Shown in pieces: positions 39,315 through 49,236 of a stretch of DNA of 64,000 nt. This stretch comes from Candidatus Poribacteria bacterium (GTDB lineage Bacteria; Poribacteria; WGA-4E; WGA-3G), in NCBI GenBank assembly GCA_963663765.2, contig CAXXUA010000005.1, positions 640,001 to 704,000 on the forward strand. Reading direction: 5' to 3'. The position numbers were made by a program, and so were the translations under genes. The notes under the pieces are model-generated. The model saw only the letters and a list, made by a program, of their open reading frames with translations, had not been told where the DNA came from and searched no databases. Every line of letters starts with the position of its first letter. Position 1 is the first letter of the stretch.

Positions 39315-40679
39315 ATGTTTGACACAATAAAAAGCAGGCAAAGTGATAGGGGGAACTTACGTTTCTTCTCAATACACATTTTATTTTTTTTCCATATAGG
39401 GTTGTGCTTTACTTTTATTATTAGCACGTATGCTCAAGAACCTACTCTTATTAGCGAACCTTCACTTGCAGAAAAGGTATTTGACAAGTATGAAACATTC
39501 CTCCTAAGAGAAGACATCCTTGAATTATTACCCGTTGTCCTTGAAGAGATCAAAAAACCGGCAAATCAAAACTTACTTACATCAGACAATATTGATCTGA
39601 TACTTGATGACCCCGATTTATTGAAGACCATTGTCCCAGATATAGATGACAAATTTATTACACTCTTGAAGGAAGATGCTGATGTACAAGCCTTTCTTAG
39701 AGATGCAGATGTAAAAGCGTTGTTTCAAGATATAGCTGCTATTGAGGAACTCGCTGCGATGCTTGCTGAAAACCAACCGTCACTTGCAGAACGTGTTTTT
39801 GCCAAATATAAAGGTTTTTTTGAAAGAGAGGATATCAGCGAATTACTACCAGAAGTTCTCATACAGTTGAGGACTCCAGAGATACAACAACTATTAATAC
39901 CTGAAACAATTGCAATTGTCGTGGATAAACCTGATCTGTTGAAGACTTTTGTTCCAGAAATTGACGATGAATTCATTACACTCCTTAAGGAGGATGCAGA
40001 AGTCATTGCTGTGATCAATGACCCAGATGTTCAGTTAATACTACAAGATATACAAGCAATTGAAGAACTTGCAGTACTATTAGAACTTAGTTCCATGCAA
40101 ATTGTGTTAGTTAAGGTTTTGCCTGCTTCTGTGGTATCACCAGAAGTTGGTGAACACCTTATGATTACTATAGACATTGCTGATGGTGAGGATATTGCAG
40201 GATATCAAGGTACGTTGAATTTTGACCCGACTGCTCTTCGTTTTGTTTCCTTGACCCACGGTACTATTCTGACAGGTCAAGTGCAACCTATTGCTACTAT
40301 TGTGGAGGAAAATCAATTAACTTTTGCTCAGATAAGTATTGACACACCATCAGAAACAGGAGAAGGAACACTTGTTACAATTACGTTTGAGGTAGTTAAA
40401 CCTGATGCTTCAACCCTAATTTTATCTGACGTGATAATATCCCTTTTCGGTGCTGTTCCCTTGCAAGTATCCATTGAAAATGCGCAAATACTTGCACCGC
40501 CCCGACCTTGGGATGTGAATGATGATAACAGAGTTAATATCTTGGATTTAACTTATGTTGCATCGTATTTTGGTGACGCAAACGCTCCATCCAACGCAGA
40601 TGTCAATGGGGATGGTAATATCAACATATTGGATTTGACACTGGTTGCAAGCCATTTTGGTGAGACTTATAGGAATTAA
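39315..40679 (+). CDS. Secreted protein: duplicated acidic helical domain + cohesin-like + dockerin-like domains
   Basis: Two ~105-aa PSLAE.VF.KY repeats; GYQ..L.FDPTAL..GEGTL..ITF; DVNDDNRVNILDL / DVNGDGNINILDL. Confidence 0.8.
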   Translation: MFDTIKSRQSDRGNLRFFSIHILFFFHIGLCFTFIISTYAQEPTLISEPSLAEKVFDKYETFLLREDILELLPVVLEEIKKPANQNLLTSDNIDLILDDPDLLKTIVPDIDDKFITLLKEDADVQAFLRDADVKALFQDIAAIEELAAMLAENQPSLAERVFAKYKGFFEREDISELLPEVLIQLRTPEIQQLLIPETIAIVVDKPDLLKTFVPEIDDEFITLLKEDAEVIAVINDPDVQLILQDIQAIEELAVLLELSSMQIVLVKVLPASVVSPEVGEHLMITIDIADGEDIAGYQGTLNFDPTALRFVSLTHGTILTGQVQPIATIVEENQLTFAQISIDTPSETGEGTLVTITFEVVKPDASTLILSDVIISLFGAVPLQVSIENAQILAPPRPWDVNDDNRVNILDLTYVASYFGDANAPSNADVNGDGNINILDLTLVASHFGETYRN

Positions 40680-40709
40680 GTTAAGGGGTGAAAAAGTGAT
40701 TGAAACACG

Positions 40710-40748
40710 ATAACATTTGAGCAGAAATATATCCTGCTCAAATGTTAT
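40710..40748. terminator. Hairpin between convergent genes (candidate bidirectional terminator)
   Basis: ATAACATTTGAGCAG-N9-CTGCTCAAATGTTAT; no strong U-tract. Confidence 0.5.
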
Positions 40749-40761
40749 AGGAGAATAGAAT

Positions 40762-41589
40762 CTAACGTCTTTTGATATTTCCCCAACTCGTAGTCAGTTT
40801 TCCGCCTGGTTTGACAGATAACGTGCCAAAACTGTTCATAGCAAGTTCCATTTCATCAATATCAATTACTCTATCCCACATATAGATTTCAGCGATGATA
40901 GCGTTTAGATATTGACCATCTTCTCGGTGTCCGATAAAAACTGGACGTGTACCAGTTTCACAAGGGATTTTGCCGTTATCAGTTGTTTGTGCCACAGGAC
41001 TCTCGTCAGCGTTTATATACACCTGTGAACCTACACCTAATTTAAATGTACCACATTGATGAAACCAAGTAGTTTGAGGTGCACTTCCTGGACGACTGGT
41101 TTCTGCGACACCTGCACCTGTACAGTCCCAAACTGAGAGACCTGCCCCATTGTCGTCATAGATTAGTAGACCAAATTCCCATGCACTGTGGTATCCTTTT
41201 ATCAATATCGGTTGTCGTGTTTGTCCTTGTGCGTCCGTTGCAGTTGCTAACACTTTCACCCAAGCACAGATAGTAATCCCTTTGTCTTCGTCAACAAGGG
41301 AGTCAATGTCATTCCCTTGGCTTTCCATATCAATTTTCAAATAGGTAGTTTTTCCATCAAATTCCAATGCTTTTGTAATTTTTTCATGCCCAGTATCCAC
41401 CCATTGTGGTGGTTCAGCACTAAATTCCGTTTCAAATTTGTGTGGTCCGTGATCTAAAACTTTTTCACCTTTACCCTCATTCAACGGAAGATACATCCAA
41501 AGTCCATCCTCAATGTCTGCAGCATTTGAACTAACTACAGAATAAGAAAGACAAAGCATTATTAACGTAAACATTTTAAGTTGACGCAT
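40762..41589 (-). CDS. Secreted LamG/concanavalin A-like domain protein
   Basis: Signal peptide; Y.PLNEG.G, ALEFDG, TICAWV, WFH, IAEIYMWDR; C-terminal SVKPGGKLTTSWGNIK. Confidence 0.8.
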   Translation of the reverse strand: MRQLKMFTLIMLCLSYSVVSSNAADIEDGLWMYLPLNEGKGEKVLDHGPHKFETEFSAEPPQWVDTGHEKITKALEFDGKTTYLKIDMESQGNDIDSLVDEDKGITICAWVKVLATATDAQGQTRQPILIKGYHSAWEFGLLIYDDNGAGLSVWDCTGAGVAETSRPGSAPQTTWFHQCGTFKLGVGSQVYINADESPVAQTTDNGKIPCETGTRPVFIGHREDGQYLNAIIAEIYMWDRVIDIDEMELAMNSFGTLSVKPGGKLTTSWGNIKRR

Positions 41590-41659
41590 TTTTAGTCTCC
41601 ATTAAGTAAATATGTATTTATGCTGTAATGCAGAAATGTGAAAGGAACAGTTGAAGGAA

Positions 41660-42652
41660 TTAGGCTTTGTAAAATTCAACTGTTGTACCAGCCATATCAG
41701 CGACTTTCTCTACCAATTTGTTGCGTTCATCCTCGGTCATTCCAGTGAAAGCCTTTGCAATATCAATTTTCTCTTTCAACTGCGCTGCGTTGTCGGGACC
41801 AGTAACAAGCGTACTGACTGGAAATGCCCATACAAATCCAATTGCTTCAGTAATACTGATTCGATTCGGTACAACCCGTGGATTTGGGCCGTGTTTCCCA
41901 TGTCTTGTTCCTCCGAAGAACCCACCATTCGCTAATGATTTCATACCGATCACACCGATGTTTCGCTCAACAAGTGTAGGAACAACACCTTCAATAAAGC
42001 TTTGGTAACTGATGTCTGCAACATTTATAGGTAATTGACATGCGTCAAAGATGTCAGATTTTTCCAAGACACGCAGATGCGCAGATGGACTTGTGTGTCC
42101 TGTAAATCCAATAAAACGTGCTTTTCCAGATTTTTTTGCTTCAGCCATCACATCAAATACGCCATTTAATATCCTTGTGTCAACATCTTCGGGATTCCGA
42201 ATTGCATGTACTTGCCATAAATCCACACGATCTGTATTGAGTCGTTTTAACGACTCTTCAAGATGTTTTCTTGCATTTTTTGCGTCAGTTGCTGTGGTCT
42301 TTGTCATAAGAAATATATCATCACGATATTTTGGTATTAGTAGTTTGCCTAAGCGTTTCTCACTTCCGCCCTTTTGGTAAGAATGTGCGGAATCAAAGAA
42401 ACGTATACCTCCATCCAATGCGGTTTCAATTGTCTTCTGTGCTTCTTTTTCATCCATTTCACCAATATGCCAACCGCCGACTCCTAACATTGTAACATTT
42501 ATACCTGTTTTACCGAACTTACGCATCGGTAAAAGTGTCCCTAATCGATCACTTGAAGGTTTTACTTCCTGACCTGAAGCATTTTTTGATGATAGGAGTA
42601 TACCTGTAGTTAATCCTGCTAAAGTCTTTAAAAATCCTCTTCGATCAATCAT
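41660..42652 (-). CDS. Tat-exported aldo/keto reductase
   Basis: DRRGFLK Tat signal; FFDSAHSY, SLKRLNTDRVDLWQVH. Confidence 0.9.
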   Translation of the reverse strand: MIDRRGFLKTLAGLTTGILLSSKNASGQEVKPSSDRLGTLLPMRKFGKTGINVTMLGVGGWHIGEMDEKEAQKTIETALDGGIRFFDSAHSYQKGGSEKRLGKLLIPKYRDDIFLMTKTTATDAKNARKHLEESLKRLNTDRVDLWQVHAIRNPEDVDTRILNGVFDVMAEAKKSGKARFIGFTGHTSPSAHLRVLEKSDIFDACQLPINVADISYQSFIEGVVPTLVERNIGVIGMKSLANGGFFGGTRHGKHGPNPRVVPNRISITEAIGFVWAFPVSTLVTGPDNAAQLKEKIDIAKAFTGMTEDERNKLVEKVADMAGTTVEFYKA

Positions 42653-42724
42653 ACTATCACCTCCTATCTTTCATAATATAATTACTCTTCATATTTGTCA
42701 AGTATTATTATCCCGTGTAATTTA

Positions 42725-43043
42725 TGGTGAAATATGAAAATAATTATACACTAACAGGTAGGAGCGACCTCCCGGTCGAGACCAGCAAAGCAACACTATG
42801 AATGCCTTAAGGCATTCATAGTGTTGCTCCTACAGAAGAAGTGTATTATTATACCATTTTCATGTGATAATGTCTCATTATCAGCGAAAATCTGGTAGGA
42901 GCGACCTCCCGGTCGCGACCGTTCATCGAGTTGATAGGAACGACCTCCCGGTCAAGACCAGCAAAGCAACACTATGAATGCCTTAAGGCATTCATAGTGT
43001 TGCTCCTACAGAAGAAGTGTATTATTATTTCAATAATACACCA
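42725..43043. mobile_element. Putative MITE (TGGTGAAATATGAAAATAATTA ends) with duplicated REP/palindrome cargo and a partial TACCA MITE
   Basis: Imperfect terminal inverted pair shared with 52139-52443 and 54018-54206; ~90-bp block duplicated at ~42759 and ~42935. Confidence 0.6.
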
Positions 43044-43055
43044 AATATAATCCTG

Positions 43056-43462
43056 CAAGGTTATTCAGTTTCAATATTTTTGATAGTATTTTGTTATACC
43101 GTTAATATTTTTTGCCACCATCTTGTCCATGTCTTTAGTTCCGTAGGAACGACATGTTTATAGAAAATGTTTTCAACCCCAATAGTGTTCCGTAGGAACG
43201 ACATGTTTATAGAAAATGTTTTCAACCCCAATAGTGTTCCGTAGGAACGACATAGAAGAATACACATATCGCCCCTACGGGACTAAAGACATGGGGAGGG
43301 TATTCGTTATCTATAAACATATCGTCCCTACGGGACTAAAGAGCGAAATTCAGTTTTCAATAAATTAAAATTGATGCGTAAAATTCGGTTAGGAAACCGA
43401 ACCTGGGTATTAACTTTCAGTAAATCTCAAGAACAGAAAACTCTTAAAACTGAATAACCCTG
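43056..43462. mobile_element. ISAs1-derived MITE (407 bp)
   Basis: CAAGGTTATTCAGTTT..AAAACTGAATAACCCTG; 9-bp TSD ATAATCCTG; internal 49-bp tandem duplication from 43138. Confidence 0.9.
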
Positions 43463-43547
43463 ATAATCCTGTCTAAAACTTGACAATTCATTTCAGACAG
43501 AGTATAATTGAAAAAATACAAAATTGAAAGTATAGTCATTACAAATC

Positions 43548-44351
43548 ATGAATCGAATTAACAAGAAATTCCAAGAATTGCGTCAACAAAATAGACGCGC
43601 GTTTATGCCCTACCTCTGTGCGGGTGACCCTACCCCAGAGCTAACGACAAAACTCCTTCTAACCCTTGAAGCTGCTGGTGCAGATATGATTGAGCTTGGT
43701 GTCCCATTTTCTGATCCCATTGCGGATGGACCGACGGTACAACGTGCAAGTGAACGTGCATTGAAACATCAAATATCACTGCAAGATATTATAGAACTGG
43801 TAAAATCGGTGCGCAAACAGACAGATATTCCTATCGCATTGATGAGTTACTATAATCCAATCTTTAAGATGGGTGAATCTTCATTTTGTAAGGCTGCAAA
43901 GGATGCAGGTATTGACGGTGTGATCGTCCCTGATCTACCACCAGAGGAAGCACTACCATTACTGGATGTTGCACCAGAATACGATTTCGCTACGATCTTC
44001 CTTGTTGCGCCAACGAGTCAGCAGGAAAGGATGAAAAAAATCGCATCAGTTAGCACTGGATTCATCTATTGTGTCTCATTAACTGGTGTTACAGGTGTAC
44101 GAACAAAATTGTCTGATGAGATCACACCAATGATAGAAAATCTACGTAGACATACAGATAAGCCACTCAGTGTTGGCTTTGGTGTGTCCACACCAGATCA
44201 AGCGAAACAGGTCGCAAAAGTTGCTGACGGAGTAATCGTTGGAAGTGCGATTGTCAATGTGATTGAAGAGAATATGGATGACGAAAGCAAACTTTTGCTT
44301 GCTGTTAGACAGTTTGCTTTGGACTTGGCTGCTGGAACACAAAGTGTCTAA
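43548..44351 (+). CDS. trpA: Tryptophan synthase alpha chain
   Basis: IELGVPFSDPIADGP, YYNP, VPDLP, GVTG, VGFGVS, GVIVGSA. Confidence 0.97.
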   Translation: MNRINKKFQELRQQNRRAFMPYLCAGDPTPELTTKLLLTLEAAGADMIELGVPFSDPIADGPTVQRASERALKHQISLQDIIELVKSVRKQTDIPIALMSYYNPIFKMGESSFCKAAKDAGIDGVIVPDLPPEEALPLLDVAPEYDFATIFLVAPTSQQERMKKIASVSTGFIYCVSLTGVTGVRTKLSDEITPMIENLRRHTDKPLSVGFGVSTPDQAKQVAKVADGVIVGSAIVNVIEENMDDESKLLLAVRQFALDLAAGTQSV

Positions 44352-44467
44352 CTTCAACGTATCTCACAAATATAATTATGGTCAAATCCACCGAATAGCG
44401 AGTCCAATACATCGGTGTTAGAAACCCCTCCTACGATCTATGAGAAAAGTTATTGTAAATCTGTGAA

Positions 44468-45889
44468 CTGACATACTCCCCAAGCTAAAGCATGGGGGTT
44501 CTTAGTTCTTATATTGGAAACAGTTTGAGTTGTTTCCAAACGACTTTTCCTGCTTCCGTGTCTCGTGCCCTTTCCTGAACAGCGTTGGGTCTTATTTGCA
44601 CTCCACAGGCGTGACTTTCGGTGTGTCCCACCGTAGTTGGTTTCAAGTTTATTGCAGCGTTGACATCTCTATCTATAGACATATCACATTGACTGCAGTG
44701 ATACATTCTTTCTGAAAGTGTTAGGTCTTTCTTTTTGTGTCCACAACCGGAACAGGTTTTACTACTTGCAAAGAACATATCTGCTTCTTTAACAGGTATA
44801 CCGTGCACTTCTGCTTTTGTCTTGAGTTTTAGCAGGAAACTGCCTAATGCTGTATCTGACAATGCTTTTGCGAGGTTTCTGTTCTTCAGCATATTAGTAA
44901 CCTTGAGTGTCTCAATACCGATCGCAGATGCGAGGTTGACAATCTCTGTAGTTGCTTTATGATGTGCATCGTTTCGGATACAAGCGATACGATAGTAGAT
45001 ACGTTCTAACTTGTGTTTTTGTTTGAACCAGTTGTTAGACTTGAAAACTTTTCTACTTAATCTACGTTGTTCTCTTGCTAACTTCTTTTCATATCGTTTC
45101 AGGGGTCTTGGATTATCATATTTCGTGCCATCACTCAATGTGGCAAGTGTGTTTATGCCTACATCTATACCAATCACAGGGTGCGTTGAGTTATCAACTG
45201 CTTCGGTGTCCTCTGTTTCTATGGTGATAGATACAAACCAACGATGTGCTGTCCTTGAGATCGTCACTTTCATAATCTTACCCACAAAACGCAATGATTC
45301 AAACATGCTAATCCAACCAATCTTAGGAAGTTTGATACGCTTACCTTCAACTTCTACAGATTGATTATTTGTGGTGAATGCGTCCTTTTTGCCACGCTTC
45401 TTGAACTTCGGAAATCTCGCACGCTTACCAACCCAATTCGCAAGCGCAGCAGACAAGTTACCAAATATGCTTTTATTGGCTACAACCTGATCCATATCTT
45501 TAGTCCAAGCATGTGCTTTCTTAGCAATATTAAATCGAGTGTTTAACTTCGCAGCGGATAAGAACTCATCATTTGCCAATGCAGACTTGAAATCTGCTAA
45601 TGCATGATTATATGAAAATCTCGCATAGCCACACTGTTGTGCAAACCATTTTCGTTGATTGTTATTTGGATTCAATGCAATCTTATGTGTTTTTAGCATG
45701 ATGATATTCCAGTCCTATGGAGATGTCAGTTCCCTCTACTAAAGGTGTGTAGGTGTTAGTAGCACCTACACTGAACTGGTATAATGAGTATCTCATGGTT
45801 TAAACCAAAAATCAAGTTTTTTCTTGACACAAGCACTTAGCACGACTACATCCCACTACCTAAAGGTAGGGGTTTTGTCGTGATTCTTG
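44468..45889 (-). mobile_element. tnpB-only IS200/IS605 element, copy 2 (1422 bp)
   Basis: Same ends as copy 1; TTAT 5' of left end. Confidence 0.93.
44509..45699 (-). CDS. tnpB: TnpB
   Basis: Near-identical to 30390-31580; catalytic residues intact. Confidence 0.95.
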   Translation of the reverse strand: MLKTHKIALNPNNNQRKWFAQQCGYARFSYNHALADFKSALANDEFLSAAKLNTRFNIAKKAHAWTKDMDQVVANKSIFGNLSAALANWVGKRARFPKFKKRGKKDAFTTNNQSVEVEGKRIKLPKIGWISMFESLRFVGKIMKVTISRTAHRWFVSITIETEDTEAVDNSTHPVIGIDVGINTLATLSDGTKYDNPRPLKRYEKKLAREQRRLSRKVFKSNNWFKQKHKLERIYYRIACIRNDAHHKATTEIVNLASAIGIETLKVTNMLKNRNLAKALSDTALGSFLLKLKTKAEVHGIPVKEADMFFASSKTCSGCGHKKKDLTLSERMYHCSQCDMSIDRDVNAAINLKPTTVGHTESHACGVQIRPNAVQERARDTEAGKVVWKQLKLFPI

Positions 45890-45899
45890 ATAAATCGTT

Positions 45900-46796
45900 T
45901 TACATGCCGCGCTTGATATTAAACTCTTTTTCAAATGCTTGCCATACATCCTCTGGTATCTCCACTGTAGCAGCTTCAACACCATCTTCTATTTGTGCCA
46001 AATCAGCTGGACCGAACATGACGATTCCATCTATATGTGCTGACAGACAGAACTGCATTGCTAAGTGTCGGATATTAACACCGTGCTCTTGACACCATTT
46101 CCACATATTATACGCTTTTGGCTCAGCATCAGGATTTCGTCTTTTTTCATCTTCTATGTTGGGTTCAATACCTGTTAAGCTTCCCATGCCCAAAGGACTC
46201 GCAAGAATTATACCTACATCGTGCTTTCGTGCTAAAGGCAATGTCGTTTGTGTAACAGATTGGGATAGTAATGTATAGTCCAAAAAAGTAAGTATTATGT
46301 CAATATGTCCTGTTTCAATTAGTTGTCTATGAAATTCGTGTGAACGCACACCTGCTCCGATATTTCGTACTAAACCCGCATCTTTCATTTCTAAGAGTGT
46401 ATCCAATGCGCAACCTTTTCCTAAGACACTTTCCATATCCATAGGGTCATGTATAAGCACTGCATCAAGATAGTCTGTGCGGAGTTCTTTGAGACTGTTG
46501 TTCACACTCCAACGCGTACCATCAGCAGAAAAGTCCTTACGTCGCTCAGGATGAGTACCAACTTTCGCTTGTAGGTAGACCTTTTCTCTCAGACCGTTGG
46601 AAAGTGCTTCTCCCCATAGATGTTCTGCATGTCCGGGATATGTGTCAAGATAGTTTATACCAAGTTCAATTGCTCGGTGGATTGCCCCGATGACTTCTTC
46701 GTCAGGTTTCCGCCATAGCCATGCTGCCCCTAATGCCAAAACGTTAGGACGCATTTCTGTCCGACCTAAACGACGTTTTTCTAATTTGTTAGACAT
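45900..46796 (-). CDS. Aldo/keto reductase
   Basis: RRLGRT, GINYLDT, SLKELRTDYLD..LIHDP; start at MSNKLE 46796. Confidence 0.88.
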   Translation of the reverse strand: MSNKLEKRRLGRTEMRPNVLALGAAWLWRKPDEEVIGAIHRAIELGINYLDTYPGHAEHLWGEALSNGLREKVYLQAKVGTHPERRKDFSADGTRWSVNNSLKELRTDYLDAVLIHDPMDMESVLGKGCALDTLLEMKDAGLVRNIGAGVRSHEFHRQLIETGHIDIILTFLDYTLLSQSVTQTTLPLARKHDVGIILASPLGMGSLTGIEPNIEDEKRRNPDAEPKAYNMWKWCQEHGVNIRHLAMQFCLSAHIDGIVMFGPADLAQIEDGVEAATVEIPEDVWQAFEKEFNIKRGM

Positions 46797-46818
46797 AAGT
46801 ATTTTCCATACAATACGG

Positions 46819-47418
46819 TTATAGTTCTGATAGTGTTTTTCGCAACTTATGGGTTGATGTGGATAATGATTCTTGTAGATATGGATATTGGAAACTGCCC
46901 CATCTGTCTGGCGGAGGTTCATGAGCTTGTGCTATTCTTAGGTTTACAAAAGTTGGAACATCTTGATGCCAGATTTTTGGTAGTTCGCTTTTGAGAGACC
47001 TTGTATCGTCATATTCATATACATTCTGAAAACCTGCTCCTTCAGCGATCATTTTCCAACTAAAGTTTGGATTGCGTGGTATAGGTTGATTGCCAGTAAC
47101 TTCATAAGTTCCGTTGTCACAGACAAAAAGTAGGTAGTTGTTAGGAGGTTTTTCCAAACCTGTAATTGTTGCAAGAGTACCCAAACACATCAGCATACTC
47201 CCATCACCGTTTAGGATAATAACTTTCTTGTCAGGTCTTGCAAGTGCAATTCCGAGTGCTAAGTCGGCTGCATGTCCCATTGCACTCCCAACAGATGCAT
47301 AGTCCAGAGGGTGTGTTGATATTCTTGCCCACGGTACTGCCATCCCCATCGTAGAGATGACGATTTCGTCTGTTCGTTGTGATGCAATGATTTTTAGAGA
47401 TTCTTCTTTATTTAGCAT
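46819..47418 (-). CDS. ThDP-binding decarboxylase beta subunit (sulfopyruvate/phosphonopyruvate decarboxylase-like)
   Basis: SAMGHA..LALG, GDGSMLM..DNGTYEVTG.QP; no alpha subunit adjacent. Confidence 0.8.
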   Translation of the reverse strand: MLNKEESLKIIASQRTDEIVISTMGMAVPWARISTHPLDYASVGSAMGHAADLALGIALARPDKKVIILNGDGSMLMCLGTLATITGLEKPPNNYLLFVCDNGTYEVTGNQPIPRNPNFSWKMIAEGAGFQNVYEYDDTRSLKSELPKIWHQDVPTFVNLRIAQAHEPPPDRWGSFQYPYLQESLSTSTHKLRKTLSEL

Positions 47419-47512
47419 GGTTCTCGTCATAGTACCCACTGCCTAAAGGCAGGGGAAACCTGTGTTTCCTTGCGGACAGCCGATCTAAGCTACGTCTTAC
47501 GTCTGCTCCACT

Positions 47513-48625
47513 TTAGGCAGCTAAGCCTACCTGTTTGATATTTATTGCGGCGTTTATGTCTCTATCGTGTTCGGTTTTGCACGTAGGACATGTCCAGTGT
47601 CTATCTGCAAGTGTTAGATTGCCGTTTTTGCGTCCACAGCTGCTACAAGGTTTTGTTGTGGAATCCCATTGCCTAATTTGAACAAGTTTTTTATCATGTT
47701 TTGCACACTTGAATTCCAACAATTGAACAAACTGATAGAAAGCGAGATCACTCACTTTTCGTCCCCAGAGGCGTTTCATGCCATCTATATTGAGGGTTTC
47801 AAAGCACAAGGTATCAAAATGTCTGCAAAGGTCTGTAGCAAGTTTCCATTGCCAATCTAACCTCTGTCTTGATACTTTCCTATATTCTCTTGACAATGCA
47901 CGCTTAGCACCATACCAGTTATTAGAACCCTTGACTTTTCTACTAAAAGACTTGTTCAAAGTTCGCAACTTATTCAGTGATTGTTTCAGATATTGTGGTG
48001 ATTGTATTTTGTTTCCATCTGAGCTTGTGAGATATGTTTTCAATCCGAAATCAAAGCCAGCACTTTCACCTGTCTTTGCTATGGGTTTCGGTGTGTCAAC
48101 ATTATCACAGGAAAAACATATCCAGTAATCGCCACACTTGTCACGCTTGATAGTAATTGTTTTGATATCACCTGTTATTTCACGATGTTTATGAAAGGAA
48201 AACCACGTATCTATACAGTTGATCTTGATACGGTTCCCTTCAAGTTTATAACCTGCCTGTGTAAAGGTCATAGAGTTGTATTTGTGTTGGGGTTTGATTT
48301 TCGGTCTACCTACTTTGCGCGTTGTTTTGTCTGATACTCGTTCTTTGATATTCCGAAAGAACGCATCATACGCTTTGCCCATACGCAGCACAACGTCTTG
48401 CACAACTTGACTCGGTAAGTCTGCCCAATGAGGCTTTGTTCGCTTTTTCAACTTCGCAACATGAGCATTCATTCTATAGGCAGATACGTTTTTACCATAC
48501 ATACGGTAATATCTACGCTGCAATCGCATAATATGCACATGAATCTGGTGCATATCGTCAAGCATATTGCCTAACTTGATAGTGTTCTTTTGATTTTGTA
48601 TCTTGTATTTATAGGTTTTTTTCAT
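47513..48625 (-). CDS. tnpB: TnpB (distinct from the multicopy one)
   Basis: GFDFGL, FETL, CSSC/CPTC, DRDINAAINI. Confidence 0.93.
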   Translation of the reverse strand: MKKTYKYKIQNQKNTIKLGNMLDDMHQIHVHIMRLQRRYYRMYGKNVSAYRMNAHVAKLKKRTKPHWADLPSQVVQDVVLRMGKAYDAFFRNIKERVSDKTTRKVGRPKIKPQHKYNSMTFTQAGYKLEGNRIKINCIDTWFSFHKHREITGDIKTITIKRDKCGDYWICFSCDNVDTPKPIAKTGESAGFDFGLKTYLTSSDGNKIQSPQYLKQSLNKLRTLNKSFSRKVKGSNNWYGAKRALSREYRKVSRQRLDWQWKLATDLCRHFDTLCFETLNIDGMKRLWGRKVSDLAFYQFVQLLEFKCAKHDKKLVQIRQWDSTTKPCSSCGRKNGNLTLADRHWTCPTCKTEHDRDINAAINIKQVGLAA

Positions 48626-49041
48626 TGTCCGCTTTGACTTTCAATATAGTCTTTTATAACTTCAAGGGTTACACCACCACAAGAACTAACGAATTTTGAA
48701 CGCGTCCATAAAGACGGCAAGCGACTTTTCAAACTCGGATATTCTTCACGTAGAACTTTTGACGTATAACCTTTGATTTTACCGATAACTTTATCAATAG
48801 AATCTGTTGGGGGTATTTCTATCAGTAAATGGACATGTTCGGGTTGCGTTTCAACTTCCCTGATATAATACCTATATTCGTCCTGTTTTTCTTGTATAAG
48901 TTGTTTGAGTCTGCCTTGTAACTGTGCATCTAAAACTTTACGACGATACTTGGTACACCAAATTACGTGATATTGACAACTATAGATTGTCTTATTTGTT
49001 GTTCTATAATCACGTCTTTTATTTGATATTTTGAGCGGCAT
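48622..49041 (-). CDS. tnpA: Y1 HUH transposase TnpA
   Basis: YHVIWCTKYRR, EHVH (HUH), LWTRS, YIESQ. Confidence 0.95.
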   Translation of the reverse strand: MPLKISNKRRDYRTTNKTIYSCQYHVIWCTKYRRKVLDAQLQGRLKQLIQEKQDEYRYYIREVETQPEHVHLLIEIPPTDSIDKVIGKIKGYTSKVLREEYPSLKSRLPSLWTRSKFVSSCGGVTLEVIKDYIESQSGQ

Positions 49042-49236
49042 AATATATAACCTTATTATATTAGTGTATAGTATATAATATAATATATTGATTAGATTGT
49101 CAAATATATATTAGGTTGGCATATTAGCCGTCTACATCCCACAAGCTAAAGCATGGGGATTTGACGGAATAGTGTTAAGCTTACTTTAGACATACAGACT
49201 TGCGCATATTGTAGCAATCTGTTTTTGTGAGAGTAC

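Larger units (their letters stand above)
47426..49174 (-). mobile_element. Complete IS200/IS605 element (tnpA+tnpB)
   Basis: Subterminal hairpins at both ends; inferred ends TTAA|CACTATT.. and ..ACTATGAC|; single copy, so ends are predicted. Confidence 0.85.
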
